This document shows positions 29,177 to 44,945 of a stretch of DNA of 64,000 nucleotides, one piece after another. Position numbers and translations under genes: made by a program. The number at the start of each line of letters is the position of its first letter. Position 1 is the stretch's first letter. A model generated the notes under the pieces. The model did not search any database and was not told the origin of the DNA. It saw nothing but the letters and a program-made list of their open reading frames with translations. The DNA comes from Chrysomallon squamiferum (Eukaryota; Animalia; Mollusca): assembly GCA_012295275.1 (NCBI GenBank), contig CM022671.1, positions 23,312,001 through 23,376,000 on the forward strand, given 5' to 3'.

Positions 29177-31158
29177 TTATTAGTTTCTTTTTTTTAAAAT
29201 TATTTCATTTTATTCTTTCATTATATTTTTTATTTTAATATTCATTTGTCCTTTCCGCTTTTCTCGACAAACCACTGCTGCTGATTCTACTGCTGTTACT
29301 GTTACCACTACCACTACTCCTATGAGAACGATTACTCCAACTACAACACCACTTCTACTACCATAACCAATCAAAACTAACATTAATAATACTATTTAGG
29401 CTGCTACTACAATACTGGTACTAAGACTACAAATACTATTACTACCACTGCTACTACTACTATTACTCCTAATAACAACAACAACAACAACAATAATAAT
29501 AATAATAATAATAACAATAATAACAATAATAACAATAACAATAATAATAATAATAATAACAACAATAATAATAGCAGACATCGGTTTCCTTCTGGTGCTC
29601 TTTTCTTTCTTTCATTTTTAAAATCCGTTTACATCTTCTCAACAAACTAAGAATTTAATAAACTCTAATGAAAAACTATCTCATTATTACGCATTTTACA
29701 AGGCTTGTGCCCTATCGTAACAGCATTTTCCAAACGCCCCGTTCGAAATCAGAATTACCTGCCTAAATGCGATAACAAGTATTAACTCTAATCCGGGTCT
29801 TAACAACAGTCCCGCAGTTGCGCGAATGGGGTTCTGTGATTGGTCGTTTGAAGAATGTACGTGTGTGAATGTAATGTCACGCCATATTAAAATGGCGTTC
29901 GCCTGTCGTGTCGAGATAAGATGATGAAATATGACATGAAATAAATCAGGTTTTCAATTTGTTTACAGAACTTTATCTCTGTTTGATGAATAGGGACAAA
30001 TGTAATCAAACGTCGAGTTGCATGAGAACAGATTACAATAATAATATCGACATGTATCGTTCGAATTCTCGTCATATTTTTTTTTTTTTTATTATTATTA
30101 TTATTCTTTTAATGTTTAATTATTATTATTATTTTTAATTTTAATTATTATTTTTATTAATTTTTTATTTATTATTATAAGTGTTTTTGTATCATTCTTT
30201 TTGAAGATTTGAACACACAGACCAGCAGATATTGTTTTATTACTGTTATGAAAATTGCCAGTACTACTGTTTTGTTCTTGTTTTGTTCTTGTTGTTGTTA
30301 TTTTTCCTTTTTCTGTGGGTTTTTTTTTTTTTTTTTTTTTACTTACTTAAAAAAGTCCTATTTCTAAAACAGTCAGTCCCGTCCTCTAATAATTATTTAA
30401 AGAAAAAGAAAAAATAATACAAAACCTTACAAAAATAAATAAATTCTACAAAAAAAAAAAAAAAAAACCTGTAATTTTATTTGAAATACAAATACACATT
30501 ATTCTCTGGTTCGACGTTTGACGAAGTTTTATTTATTATTATTATATTTTAACAACAGAAAAAGATAATGACAAAGTTCATAATTATAACATTGACGTGT
30601 TATTTTATTATACAAAAATTCGATATCTGAATGTTCCTGTTTTTATTGCCATCATAAATACTTCAAGTATGAGTCGAGCCACATTTTTCAGATTACGTGG
30701 ATGATTTTCTTCTCCTCTATAAAAAGTATATCTAGCGTGAAAATAAAACTAAATATAAAATAAAACCAGCATGATTGTATCTAGGAAAACATTATTTCAA
30801 CCACTGCGTACATATTTAATGGGAACAAAAAAATAAAGTAAAGGTCAATAAAATTTAACATGCTTATATCTAATTCCATGGTTCAGCAACGTTCGACGTA
30901 GACACAACGTCTAACAGCCAGAGTTCAGGATGAATTGCCATGTTTTAAATAAACGTCAAAGTTTCCGTTTCCCTGAGTCGTGATGGTAAGAATTAGCAAG
31001 CAGTTGTTTGACTAATGCGATATCGATAGTTTAGGTTATACTGAATTGGTTCTATTTTTTTTTTTAACTTTTTTTGTCATTAAATCATATGTGATAATAA
31101 TCTTTTAAACTAATTTTGCAGTCAGTCAAATTCAGTCTCATGTTGAACATCAAGATCC

Positions 31159-31262
<104 letters not shown>

Positions 31263-32986
31263 ATATGTCAGTAATTATTTTTCTAAAGACTCTTTACTTG
31301 CGCTGGAATGGTTTCAATGTCATGCATTTTAATAAATATTAGTTTACTAAAATAGAACTCTCATTCCTTTGTTGAAATATATTTGTATGATAGATTTGTT
31401 CCTTTGTTTGGTTGTTTGCTCATCCTTTCTCTTGTCTTTCTGTGGTCTTCTCTATTTCTTTTCTTCTTCTTTTTTTTTTTTTTTTTTTTTTAACAGTTCT
31501 TTTCAGCATCATGTCTAAATCGGATTCAGGCTATTGTCTGTACGGAACATATATGTTGTAATTTATGGCTGTCGCGGAAAAAAAAAATCATACCCGCAGA
31601 TAACAAAATTACGGACATTTAGAGCATCCTTCGTTCACCGAGTAGCACGGAGTGAGACGCGCCATTCAAAGTTATTCACCGACGAGAGTCCATTAAGTCA
31701 TTATAGCACTTGAAATGACACCCGATAATTATACACAGCTCTTAAAACGGAAGATCGCAGAAGACAAAATTACAGACAAGAAAACACCCCAACAATGGCC
31801 GACTGCAGTTGCTGGGCCTCTTAACACGAACGGAGTGCTTCGCCCTTTGAATTCGTGCCTGCCGCCAGGTGTCGCAATAGACTTCCGCGCACGTGCATGG
31901 CCGACGACCGCCTGGTGGGAGATCACGTGTTAAAATAGGAAGGAGGTTTTGGTCACATGCAGGTCGTAGGCGTTTTCGTCATAAAACAAACTTTTATGTC
32001 AGTGTGGTGAAGAGAAAACAAAGGAATTTTCGCCAGTACTAAAATAATACAAATGATCGGGAAGATATATATTATTCTGCTGGACAGCGCGCTGTGTCAG
32101 TTTTACCTGAAGGACAAAACACCTGCTTGCAAATCTCTTTGTTTTAGAAATGAACTTCGTCTTCGTCAATATTGAGAAATAGCGTGTCTGGCAACGATTG
32201 TGAAACAGTAAGACAGAAATATGTTCTTTAAGAACGAATGGTTTATATTAAGTAAGAGTTTTAATTAAATTTGGTGCAGCCGGTGATTCAGTCGTCCGAG
32301 GGATCGATCTTCTTCATGTAAGGATTTTAAGCTAATTTGTTAAGTTGCATCCTGCGACCAGTATATTAAAGTTTGAGTATATATATTTTCTGTTCATCAC
32401 AAAAAAAAATCCCATACTACTAATAAGAAAAACTGACTGTGTAATGGCAACTTTATACATACATACATACATATATATATATATAATAATAATATATATT
32501 AAAAAATAATAAGTCATAAAAATAATATACTGAGGTGACCTCAAATTGATATTTATTAATTGACTTGAGTCATAAGATATCATTTGTCTTAATTTTTTCA
32601 GTTGTGAATTTATTAACATAAATTTATCATATTTATGAAATTAATCCATTTATTTGAAACTATAAAACGTAGCATAATCGCATAGGAAATACTGTTAAAT
32701 AGAGTTATTCTTAATGACTTTATAACGAAAATGGAATAATATCATTTGTACGAACTTCGAATGTAAATTTAAAATGGAATAAGCGCAGTGTCAAAATCTA
32801 AGTCAAGTTACTGTTAGTTTATAATTGGTTAACATACGTACGTTTGTAAGAACACATTATCAAGAATGTATAAATTGTTATATTACCACCATTATTCATG
32901 TATTGTTTCTATAAAAACAAATATGTTTGGAAATGTTGATATCGGCCTAAAGGATAAATCTTTAACGAAATAGAATAGAGGTCAAC

Positions 32987-33037
<51 letters not shown>

Positions 33038-33705
33038 AGAAAGAAAAAAAGACCGACAGAAAAAAATTTACAATCTCCAAATTGTCTTTGAGAAGATGTG
33101 ATCTTTGAATGGCTTCCACTTCAGCTGTAATGTTTCCATGGGTGTCAGAAGTCAAGTAGGGCGCGTGCTTAGCGCGTGTAAATTGAGTAAAATGAATCCG
33201 CGTGACATGTCGAACAGATACTTTTGTTCCAGACAAGTGAAGAAAGGAGAAAAAAATCAAATTATTCCTCTGAGACGGTGGAGATAAAACGTTTGTATGA
33301 AGACGGTGATCGTATCTGAACAGAGACGAAGAATGCAACGAGATTTTCTTTTATTGTGTGAATCATGATAGCTTCTGGAAGACACCGAAATTAATAGAAA
33401 AATTTACATCGTCGTCATCATTATAATCATCATCATCATCATCGTTATGGTCGTCATCATATTCTTCTTTCTTTTACTCTTCTTGTTCTTCTTCTTTTTC
33501 ATCATCAATAATAATAATAATCATCATTATCTTCTTCTTCTGATGATGATGATGATGATGATTATTAGTGAAGATATTTGTGACGATAACAGTATTTTTT
33601 AACCATATCACCAAGAATTCTAAACATTTTATTTCAAATCCTTTTTTTTACAGTTATATAACAGACATAGATATATTACACAAACTGCAAGCTATTTAGT
33701 GAAAA

Positions 33706-33744
<39 letters not shown>

Positions 33745-34652
33745 GATTCCAGCTTGGTTGTTTGAATGAATCTGACGTTATGTTATTACGTGTTATGGCT
33801 TACATCGGTTACGTCGCATCAATCAGCCAATCCAAGTTAAATTATAATTTGTAAAGTTTACCGAACAAGAACATGCTAATAAAAATTTAACGAGAAAATA
33901 AGAGGGGTCATAGTGAAATCTTTTTCCATGAAGAAAATAATTTTTCTCTATTTCATTAAATATGACGTTTACTTTTAAACGTTTCAAACTCTTTAGAAAC
34001 AACTATATATTTTAGAATTTAAAAAAATAAACACTGTTCTACGATAATATCTTTAGTCCAAACTAAATATCTTCTCTACTTCACCATCCCTCTAACTAAG
34101 AAAGAAAAAGAAAAAAACGGTGAGGGAAAAAAAAAAAATGAAAAAATTAAGAAAGAAACAGTGACCAAGCAAGGAGTTGACATTTTGGACTCTTCTGTTC
34201 AGCAGATCACAGAGACCATTTCGATCACGTGATTTGTTTCGCTAATTATAGACTTCAGCAGAATAAACGAAAAACTTTGAAACATGGAGGATCTTGTTGA
34301 CTGTAGCGTGTATCTTGCTCCGAATCAGTACCAAGCTGTCAAAGATGGCGACGTGAGTTCGTGACACAACACGTGACATTTCACGTCAGTGCTCTAAACG
34401 GTGGTTGAGGTGTCGCTTCTGCAGCAAGCCCTTCCATTTGGCTGTCGTCTGCTGCCCGAGGGATGAAATAAAATATGGACGCAATTATCCTCCATTTCTT
34501 CACGAACCGGCTGTTGATGTCAGCTGGGAAAAGACGGACCAGGACAGTTTAAATATAAATCATTTCAACTCAGTTATATAAATATGATTTTTAATCACAT
34601 TTTTACTTTTTTGTTTTTCTTTTCTTTTTCAATTCAATATATTTAAATTATA

Positions 34653-34702
<50 letters not shown>

Positions 34703-36484
34703 GTGTTATATATTTATGGCAAACAGTTTCTGATTAACTCATACACACTCTGTAAATGATTGTTTTATATATATTTTAATTATATTTAATATAATGGTGT
34801 AACATAGTATCATATCATAGAATACTTAACCATAAAATTTACATTAGTTGTCACTGTGTTAATAAATTAATGGATGAAATATCGTAGAATGATGAACACA
34901 TTTTTAACTGTTCGCTATTTCTGAAAGGCTTTATTTAACTTTTGTTCTGGACAATGAGATTTTATAGAAGTAAGTAGCGTATTTATTTCCCAATACAATC
35001 AAATGTCCCCTTTTATTTTATTTACTTATTAATATTTTTTTTCCTGTCTTCTTTCTTATTTTGGCTTTTCACCTTTTCTTATTTATATATATATTTTTTT
35101 ATTATTATTTTTTTTTTTTTCTAAAATTACTTTTATTTTATTTATTTATTTATTTCTAATATAATCTTTATGTTTTTAGTTTGTTAAGGAGTGGTTCAAA
35201 TTTCTTTTCATTTCTTTGTTAGTGTAACAATAGCCATGTCAATTAGCAAAGGTGGTACATTTTTTTTTTTTTTTAACTGATCAAATACCTATTCTTTCTG
35301 CGTGATTAATTTCCTTCTTGACAGAGTTACCGATCCGAACGGTATTTATTTCCCATCATGAAGGTTATGTAAAAGATATCATTATGTTATTAGATAATCA
35401 TTCTGCGGCAGAATCTTTTGTTCGATTAATATTCACACATTTACGTTAATGTCCGATTGATTTTAAAGTTTCATATTCCACGATCCGCTTCCATGTTTGT
35501 ACAAACCACGAAAACAAATCAATATTTTAATAAAAAGGCTAGAATGAAACGTTATTAATCAATGTCTGTTTACCGGGAACAAACACGCAGTCATTCTTGG
35601 GACAGTCCGTATGATGTAACTTAGTTTTAAGCCTGCGGATTACGCTTCACGAGATACGCATGCTATCTTTTCCGGAAAGCTGCAGAAAAACAGCCGTAGT
35701 CATAGCCGCCTCGGTTCCAAACCGGAATGAGCTTACAGAACGTGACAGGAGTCCGCCGAACGATCCCCGTCGAAAAACAAATGACAGATGACATTAAAGA
35801 TGGCCTCCGCCGGAAGTAGGTCTCACCATTTTCTGCGGGACGAGATTGATTTCCAGACACGTGTGTGGCATGCAGACAATAGCGACAGTTGCCAGACGAT
35901 CTGGAAGTTAAACACGAGGCGCGACTACTATTAGCTGGAAAATATGGATCGTCACATACACACGTAGGTGAAATGTTTGGCGAGGTAATTAGCGAGTTCT
36001 CGAAAAGTTGCAAATTAGCATACGCCGGTGTGAAACGAGAGAAAAACATGCAATGTCTGCCACGTAGGGATTTAAGTTTGTTTACTGAGAAACAGTAGTT
36101 TAGTGGATTAACACTTTAACAGAACTTTTACTGGAATAAAGGATGACAAGACGAAAATAATAGTTGTTTTTTTTTTTCTCTCTTTTGTTCATTAATGTTT
36201 GCCATAAGGATAACAAACTCCAGTTTAAAAAGCAGTTTTATTTTCTTTCATATAAATCTGCAGATTTAAATATGGAAAGTAAAGCGTAAATACACATACA
36301 CACATAGATACGCATACACACATAGTCACATATACACACATATATACACATTATTTCGTTATAACATTGTAAGTGTCGGTGTATCTAAGCATCATCCACA
36401 AAAGCAGAGTTAGAAAACAAAACCGTGAAAGAAAACTGTGAACAACATTTACATACAATAATATCTTTTGTTTCAAAGGGTTAT

Positions 36485-36487
<3 letters not shown>

Positions 36488-36548
<61 letters not shown>

Positions 36549-36572
36549 ATCTGTCTGTCTGTCTATCTATCT
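36488..36572. repeat. (CT)n followed by (CTGT)/(CTAT)n
   Basis: Direct tandem units. Confidence 0.93.
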
Positions 36573-37824
36573 ACGTGTGTGTGTATTTCAGTATCTCTGT
36601 ATGACTTTCTGTTCCTTTAACTCTCTGTAGCTTTCTCTCCCTTTAACCATACTTTCTCTTTAAGGATATGCCAGTTATGATCTATTTAAACAAGATATCA
36701 TGCTAAATAGTGGCTATTTTTTTTTGGTAGGATGGGTAAAAATGGCTGATCTGAAAGAGAAAAACAGTTTATCAAATCTGTCACAAACTGCTGTTTTAAC
36801 AAGTAAATTTATCAACATATTTGCAATTTATCACAAAATGATGAACAACTAATACGATTGAATATGCAGAGAAGAACGACGTATGGCCAAAATATTCCTT
36901 TCAAAATAGAAATGTAAAAATGTGTAATAAAAATGTTCATGTCAGATTTAACACGGGATCCTCCCAAGAATTCGACCCTGTTCGTAACACTGCAGCCCCA
37001 GGAGTAATAGCAACGATTCAAACACGTAACAGGGAATAGCCCATCAGCACGCGAAACAACAATAAGTAGAGAAACAAAATAACCGTTTATTATTGTGCAT
37101 AGAAAAAGACCATCTGCTTTTGTCTCAGCTCTCTGCTAATTATAACATAACAATAGAACACTGGCTGTGAAGAAATCCTTAATAAATCCAAACTTGACAG
37201 CAATAATCTTAGATATCCTTTGCAGATTACGTCCCCTTAGAGTCATGAGTCCCATCTAAAGAAGCCAGAAATCTGAGGGAACGATGGCGCTGGCATTTGT
37301 AATGAATCGCCATCCCCGGCCAATTCCTCAAGGAGCCATTTTGTCAGCTCGTGGGGCGCGTGCACCTCGTGGAAAATTGACTCGGCTCGAGCTATTTATC
37401 ATGCAAATTAACTCCATCACTGACGCGGGCTTTGGAAGCTAGGGGCTCTCGCGTGAATTGAAAACTTAAATTTGTTGTAGTACAGATTTTCAAAATGTCG
37501 TTAAGCAGCCGTTTTGTTTTGACAGTACAAGACTATTTTGCATGTCTCACATAAAGCCGGCGTTTATATCACGCTCACTGGTAATATGGCGTGTTTTTCC
37601 TGTCCAGAAACCAGTTGTGTGAAATGAAACTGATCGTACTAAATGACTAATTTTCGCTTATCGGGTTACTGCTAAGAAATCGGGGTTTCAAGACTTCGTA
37701 AGGCTATGATCTTTTAAATTTTATGTAATTAAAAGAAAAATGAAAATGATTTCAAAATGAAAATAGGATCAGAATTAAAGAAAAATGAAAATAATATTCA
37801 GATATTTTAATACAGACTCGTTTA

Positions 37825-37829
<5 letters not shown>

Positions 37830-37897
<68 letters not shown>
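37830..37897. repeat. (GA)n microsatellite
   Basis: Uninterrupted GA units. Confidence 0.96.
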
Positions 37898-37899
<2 letters not shown>

Positions 37900-39158
37900 C
37901 TACACTTCCTTAAAATATACAAAGTCCAAACTGCCTCTAGGGATGCTTGAAATCAGTTTTTGAAAACTACTATACTTTTAGTAACTGTATGAAATACAAA
38001 ACAGATCCGAAAAACAGATGGCATTATTTCTTTTGATAGTTTCTCAAAAGAAATCTGTCTGAGAGTTTTGTTGAAATATTAAAGAAGCCTTGCGTCTGAA
38101 TTTGATTCTTGGCATATCTGGCCCTTGCTTTTGCAGACATCGACAACAATTCTCCAGATGACCGCCGGTCTGTTTACAAAATAACCCTCCACTGTGTATG
38201 GGAACTTCATACTGGGAATACGCAAGAAGAATACTGGTTACTCCACCCCGATATTCTTAATATGAAAAACAGTCTCTGTGAAAGATAAACAGTGCTAATG
38301 ACGCGTGACGTCTTGCAGAAAAGCTTTATGATCTTAATACCGTGAAAGTCTACTGTCTCGTCCTTTCCCCGGGACCGGGACAGTCACTGACCCCACGCAC
38401 CCCTCGAGGAAGAAAGATGCTTTCAACGATGCAGAGCTGGAACAGGATAGCGAAAAAAACATGGAAATCAAATTTCACTGGCAGAGTGTTGTCTGTTCTG
38501 CATGATTTGCCGGGAGAAACAGAACTCCTCGAAGGGACCGATCATCTGACAGTGGTGGAGCTGCAGTAGGTAACTCTAACCTTGTAAGTTCTGACAAAGT
38601 GGAGAACCAGTTGTTCGTAACCGCAAGAGCATTGCAAAATGGCAAATCCATATAATGATGATTTCTTTTTGTTAAAAAATGTTAACTCAAACACTTTTTT
38701 CTTAAACTTTTAATAAACAATTATGTAAAGAAATGTTATATTATATTATATATACATTTAAAAATCATTATATATATATATATATATATTATATATTCTG
38801 TGTGTATATATATATATACACAAGAATAAAACAGTAGCTGTGAAAAGGTTAATATAAATGAAAGTATTTTGACACATTTCTTCTTTTTCGTCTGCTCTTG
38901 TTCGTCACATAGTTATTAAGTTATTTTACTTATTTTCTGATTTTTCTTCTATTTTATCTTTTTTATTAATAATATTTATATAAAATCTTTTATTTAAAAG
39001 TAGCAATATGTAATTATTTTCTTTAACAGTTTATTTAGGAAGTTATTATGTATATAGTTCAAATTTTTAACACTACATTGTTTTTTAATGTTATTTATCC
39101 TCTCCATTCCTCTTTTTCTCTTTCTTTCCTGCCTTTCTCTCTCTCTTGTTATTCCCTG

Positions 39159-39162
<4 letters not shown>

Positions 39163-39233
<71 letters not shown>
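39163..39233. repeat. (CT)n microsatellite
   Basis: Uninterrupted CT units. Confidence 0.95.
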
Positions 39234-39237
<4 letters not shown>

Positions 39238-40864
39238 GCAAATACAAATACAGGCTCTCTTCTCTCTATTCATTCATTTGGTCGGTCACTTGAATTAAAC
39301 CAGCTCAAACATGCACGCTAACGCACCCTCAACAGAATACACTTCAATCGAGCAACTTCATCCACGTTTGCATTTTTCACTGTCATGCGAAGGGAAGATC
39401 CGTTTTCGGAACTCGTTGGGTTACTGAGTTAAAAATAATTTATTTCTGAACTGTTTGTCGCTGAATATTTTTATGGCTAATTTTTTTTTTTTTTTTTTTT
39501 TTTTACAATAGATATCGTTTTATATTACTTATTTTGTTGTACTTCTATCTGACACATTATGAAGAAGAATGATATATGTCTTGAGATGAACGAACCACCG
39601 TAAGCGATTTAAACTTTTTACTTCGTTCAGCTTCAGAATTAGGAAAATAAATATTTCCAGTCTAAAGGGACACCACTCTGCGCCAGACCTGTCATGACGA
39701 AATGAAAACACAATCCAGATGGCGCTGAATGATTTTTAAATCTTTGGGTTTCTCGGAAGCAGTTTCAAACAGCTACATAGAGGGGGGTGAGGACGATGAG
39801 AGAGCGTACATATGTTTACTATTTAAATATTTGTTATTTTTGAAATTTTATGATATTTTATTATTCCATGCGAATGCCAAAAATATATTTTATTTCTTTT
39901 TTTTTTTTTTTTTTTTTTTCTTTTCATCTTGAGTTATGGTGTAAGTTGTTACGTCTATAAAATTATATAGAGATATTAAAGCCAAACAGTGCATCGTTAA
40001 AGTTAAATCTTTAGGATTTATATATTTATTGAAATTCTTTGTTTGATTTACTTCAATTTAGAAAATTAAAATAAAACATTTTAACGAGATCTTTATATAC
40101 GGATGATTTTTGTTCGAGAAAATACCTGGCATTATTTATTTAAACAAAACACACAATTTACAAGTTTCAATTAGAACATTCAAGCTCAAGCTACTGGCTA
40201 TAATTATGTTTTTTTGATACCCGAAGTTTTGCAATTGCTCCGTGGCGAATCCTGGAGTTTAGGGTTCGAAACTGTGTTTCAGCAATCATAATTCCAGTTT
40301 CGAACGTGCTCGCGTTTCTCTCTATCATCACTCAACCCCAGTTGCCGCGGGTCCGAACCACCTCTTCAGACCTGCGCTAGATCCCCTCCGCAATAGTTCT
40401 GACACAACACCGGTTGATGACAGTCGTTTACACAATGTGTCAGTCTTAACGCGTTGAGTTTCCGCTGGTGAGAGAATTCTGCATCAATCATGGGCATAAA
40501 GAGAGAAAGCCAGACGGCAACACACGTTGAAAAGTCACTATTAAACGCCAATACCTGTGCAGGGCGGTATAATGTTTACCTTAGACGATTTTACTGCTGA
40601 TAAATCGCAACCAAAAAACTATCAGCACGTGGTCTACAGAGTTGCAGAAACCCCCACAAAGATCCGCAAAGTTTACAATGCTGCCTGCAAGTTCACGACA
40701 GACACAAAGCAGCGGTTCTTTACAAGCGGTATATAGAACCCCAGATGTCGTTTTTTGATATACTTTACATTCTCTTCTGGGAAAAAAAAATTGTATTTTA
40801 TTTTACTTTACTTTATTTTATTTTATTTTGTTTTATTTTATTTTGTTTCGTTTTGTTTTGTTCG

Positions 40865-40911
<47 letters not shown>

Positions 40912-41397
40912 CCTTTGTTTTGTTTTATTCTTTTCTTTTCTTTTCTTTTGATGTATTTTTTATTTTTAGAAGAAGTTTTTAAGAGAACAAAACTATGCAT
41001 TAATAATCATTTCCCTACATACACGTCAATAGGAAAAAATATGGTATATATTGAAAACAAATTTAAATTTCAGTAATTGCGTATTTATTTGTATGATTTT
41101 ATTTTCACTTTATTTACATTTTATTTATTTACTTATTTTGTTGTGTTAGCTTTAGAGTTGTTATAACATTTCTCTTCTTTTATTTTTCTTAAAAATACGT
41201 TAAAAACAACTTGAAGCTGTTAGATTTAATTTTAAAAACCATTTATCTTTATATTATATTATTTAAATATATATATATATATACATATGTTTACTATTTA
41301 AACATTTTTTTCAATAATTATTATTATAAATTTTATTTATTTATTTACTTCTACATTTATTCATTTTCATTCATTTTTATTTTTTATGTTTGTATTT

Positions 41398-41433
<36 letters not shown>

Positions 41434-43949
41434 ATTTTACCTACATCATAGATCCAATACATGTTACGCGTTTTCGACAATTAAATAAAAAGTGGAAAGC
41501 GGTAAGTGTACATTTAACTTCAAAAGGAAAGGTAAATTAATGACCACTTGACAATTATTACCTGAGATTTGCACCTGGCAGACTTCACACACTCTTGTCT
41601 GGCACGCAGGATGGTCGAGCCAACTGCCTGAAATAAATCAACGCAATCATCTTCACATCCTTTACTGAAAAAAAATACACATCACAACAATTTGTTTTGT
41701 CCGCCTGCACGTGCACGGCAGACATCTTAATTTATTTTGTTAGGCGGATACTGTGTATTATTATTAAACTGTAGTCAGAGTTGTATGTTACACTGAATTG
41801 ATTGAGCAGCAAACTGATTGAGAGTGAATGTGTGAGTGAGAGTGAGAGAGAGAAATGACAAAATATTTGTTACTCAGTTAATTGTATGTGTGTGTGTCTG
41901 TGTGTGTCCGTGTGCGTGTGTGTTTGTATAGAGGCTCACATCACACCACAAACAAACGTACTTGCATATGCATACAGGTCTGTCTATCTAAATGGAATAC
42001 ACACACACAGAGACACACAGACACGCATATATACACCCACAAATATATTCACACAAACATACGTACATAAATACAGACACACAAACATACGTACATACAG
42101 AGAGACAGACAAACAGGCAGACAGATAGCCAATGTTAGATGTATAGATATAGGTAGGGATATATTAAATATAGACATTTTCACTGGAGACAAGTACAACA
42201 AATATTCACAGATCTATAAATTTAAAAGAAGCAGCGTATTTACTTTCTTGTTTGCCTACATTTTGTCGATACCATATGTCATAATAAATACTGCATAAAG
42301 GATATTTTTTTATGAAATATATATATATTTTTTTTTAAACTGTTATTTTTTAATTCACCACCGGAGATTTTACTTTTATAGCTTACCAAATTAGGTTTAA
42401 GAAACGTTGTTTCCTGGCTATTTATCAACACCATCTAGATCCTACGTGTGTTTGCTACATGTTTTTGAAACATTTCATCAAAAACGACTTGTATATATGT
42501 GTTCCGTCCTCGTGTGTATACGTTTCCCGGCCGGCGTTTACCGCCTCCAAAAGTAGAGCGATCCACTGGTCTGTGTCACTGATTAATTGTATATCAAACA
42601 ACGCGGGCAGCGGAATGCGAGCCAGGCACCAGTGTTGGGTTCGGTTTACTTTTGGTACTTAAGACACTTGGTCTGTTTTCCACAAATCACATTTTTCACT
42701 CAGCACGAAATTTAAAAATAGTCGCAACAGTTTACCTGAATTTTTAAACAGTTGCGATTTCGACAAAGTTTTGGCCGAGTGCTCCATAAATCCGGTGAAT
42801 AGTTTGTATTTCTCATTTGTTATGATTTGTTTAAACAGTTTGTCTTCTCGGACTAAACGTTCGGAAATCGCTCTTCCTGCTGAAAAGAAAAAACAAAAAA
42901 AAAACCCAACAAAACAGTAATGTTAATTTGGTTACTTGTATAATATTTACTGAATACTTTTTGCTTTATTTTAATTTAATTTAATTTATTATTGTTATCC
43001 TGTTACTGTTTTGGGCTGATGTCATTGTTAGTAATAGTACTAGTAGTGGTGGTGGTAGCAGTTATAGCAGTATTCTTATTACTCTTTGTTTTTTATACTG
43101 CGATTTTTAAAATCTTATATAGTTATTCCTACCACCCACCCACCCAACCCGTTTTATTTAATAAATTATGAACCGAAAAAGAAATAATGGATACTGGTCA
43201 TGGCTTAAAGAAAAAAAAAACCCACAGTAACATTGTATTATATATTTAAATTAAAAATATTCGTAAAGAAATTTACGGGTTTAATATTTCAACAACTGTT
43301 TAACCCTGTTTCTCCATTCTTTCCGTTTTCCATTCACGAACGCCCAAATACAATTGTTATCACCTGATCGAAGTAACAATGTGACTATTTGTTCGCACTT
43401 GTGACTAATCTTACGGACAAAACTGCATTTTCGTTTTAAAAATGACAAAAATGTCTTTCATAAGAATGGAATTTTTCTACTGTGTCACCTGCGCCGGTGG
43501 CCCGGACGTCTTCAAACGAGAAAATGTTGCAGCGGATTGTCGTCCCCTTGCCATGTCGTAGAGGCCGACGTCTACTGTAGGTGAATGGGAAATTGCTGTC
43601 ATATTTTTGCAGTCATTCACACATCACTGAGTAGATATTCGAGGAATCTTCAACTCTGTTTTTACAAGCGTCTAGGAATTTTGTTTTTTGTTTTTCATAA
43701 AAGAGGAATACTTTCTTCTTATTATTATTATTATTTTCTTCTTCTTCTTCTTCTTTTTCTTCTTCTTCTTCTTTAATTAATTCATTATTCACCTGATAAA
43801 ACGTTCTTCGAGTGACTTTTTCTACACTATTATTTATTCGTTCGTTCTTTCTTTATTGGTACTGAAAATTACACTTTTATCTATGTTTTTAAGTTTCATA
43901 TTCTGTTATGCTTCATTCTCAGTTGAAAACATCCTTGTTGCTAATCTTT

Positions 43950-43951
<2 letters not shown>

Positions 43952-44018
<67 letters not shown>
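43952..44018. repeat. (CT)n microsatellite
   Basis: Uninterrupted CT units. Confidence 0.96.
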
Positions 44019-44021
<3 letters not shown>

Positions 44022-44905
44022 CAATAGTTTTGCAAGTCGAAAAGCCAAAATCCTTTATTCTATCTTTTTCTTCCACTCCCAGCTGACACAATATTTTCTT
44101 CAATAATTACACTTCAGAACATAAAAGATTGCTTTACATCATTTGTACAAACTTATCTCTGAAGGTGTAACTTTCTTCATAATAACAGTCACGAAACGTC
44201 GGTATCTGCTAATAACCGTTCTCTGTCTTCAAGAAGTCTCAACTCGACAAAAACCCATCAATAGCAGACTAACAATAATATACGACGTGATGGAGCTTCT
44301 GACGAGTTTTGAATTATATGGTGGGGAAAGCTATGTAAGACGGTGAACATGAGATAAGAATAAACTACGTCTTGTCCTCGAACTCACCTTAAAAACCATC
44401 CATTCCAAAACCGAGGAGCAAACCTGGCGCGCATCTGTAGCGCTCGAGCGCGTGTTTTTCGAGCATAAAACTTAAGCTCGTCCAGCGTAAAGAAGTAGAC
44501 ATCAAAGTGAATGCTCGAGTTGTCGAGTTTTTGCACGACTGATTTGATGGATGGCGGTTATATTGCTTGTGGTTCTGACAGAATTCCGCCATTCATCAGA
44601 GCGGGGTGCCTCCGAAACCGCACAATGTTAGACTCTTTGATACGGTCCTGTGAGTGTGCCGCGCTACAAGTATTACCAATCGTCCATTTTAATGTCGGTT
44701 TGACGTTGCCAACCCTGCAGAGTGAAACCTATAACAGAAAAAGAAAATCGCAGTTTGATGTGTAATTTATTTTATTAGTTGAGCAGACCAGAATATGGTT
44801 TACTGTACATTCATTCATCTCTTCGTTACTCTTTGTCTTTTTTTTTTTGGTATTTTATTTTTTTTTTTTTTTTTTGTTTAACCAGTACAAAACAACAACA
44901 ACAAC

Positions 44906-44945
<40 letters not shown>

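Noticed and set aside
34342-34350. YY1/Pho-like AAGATGGCG sites plus (GA)n tracts as Polycomb response elements
   Set aside because: There are too few sites, they are not clustered with the GA tracts, and GA microsatellites appear to be general background here.
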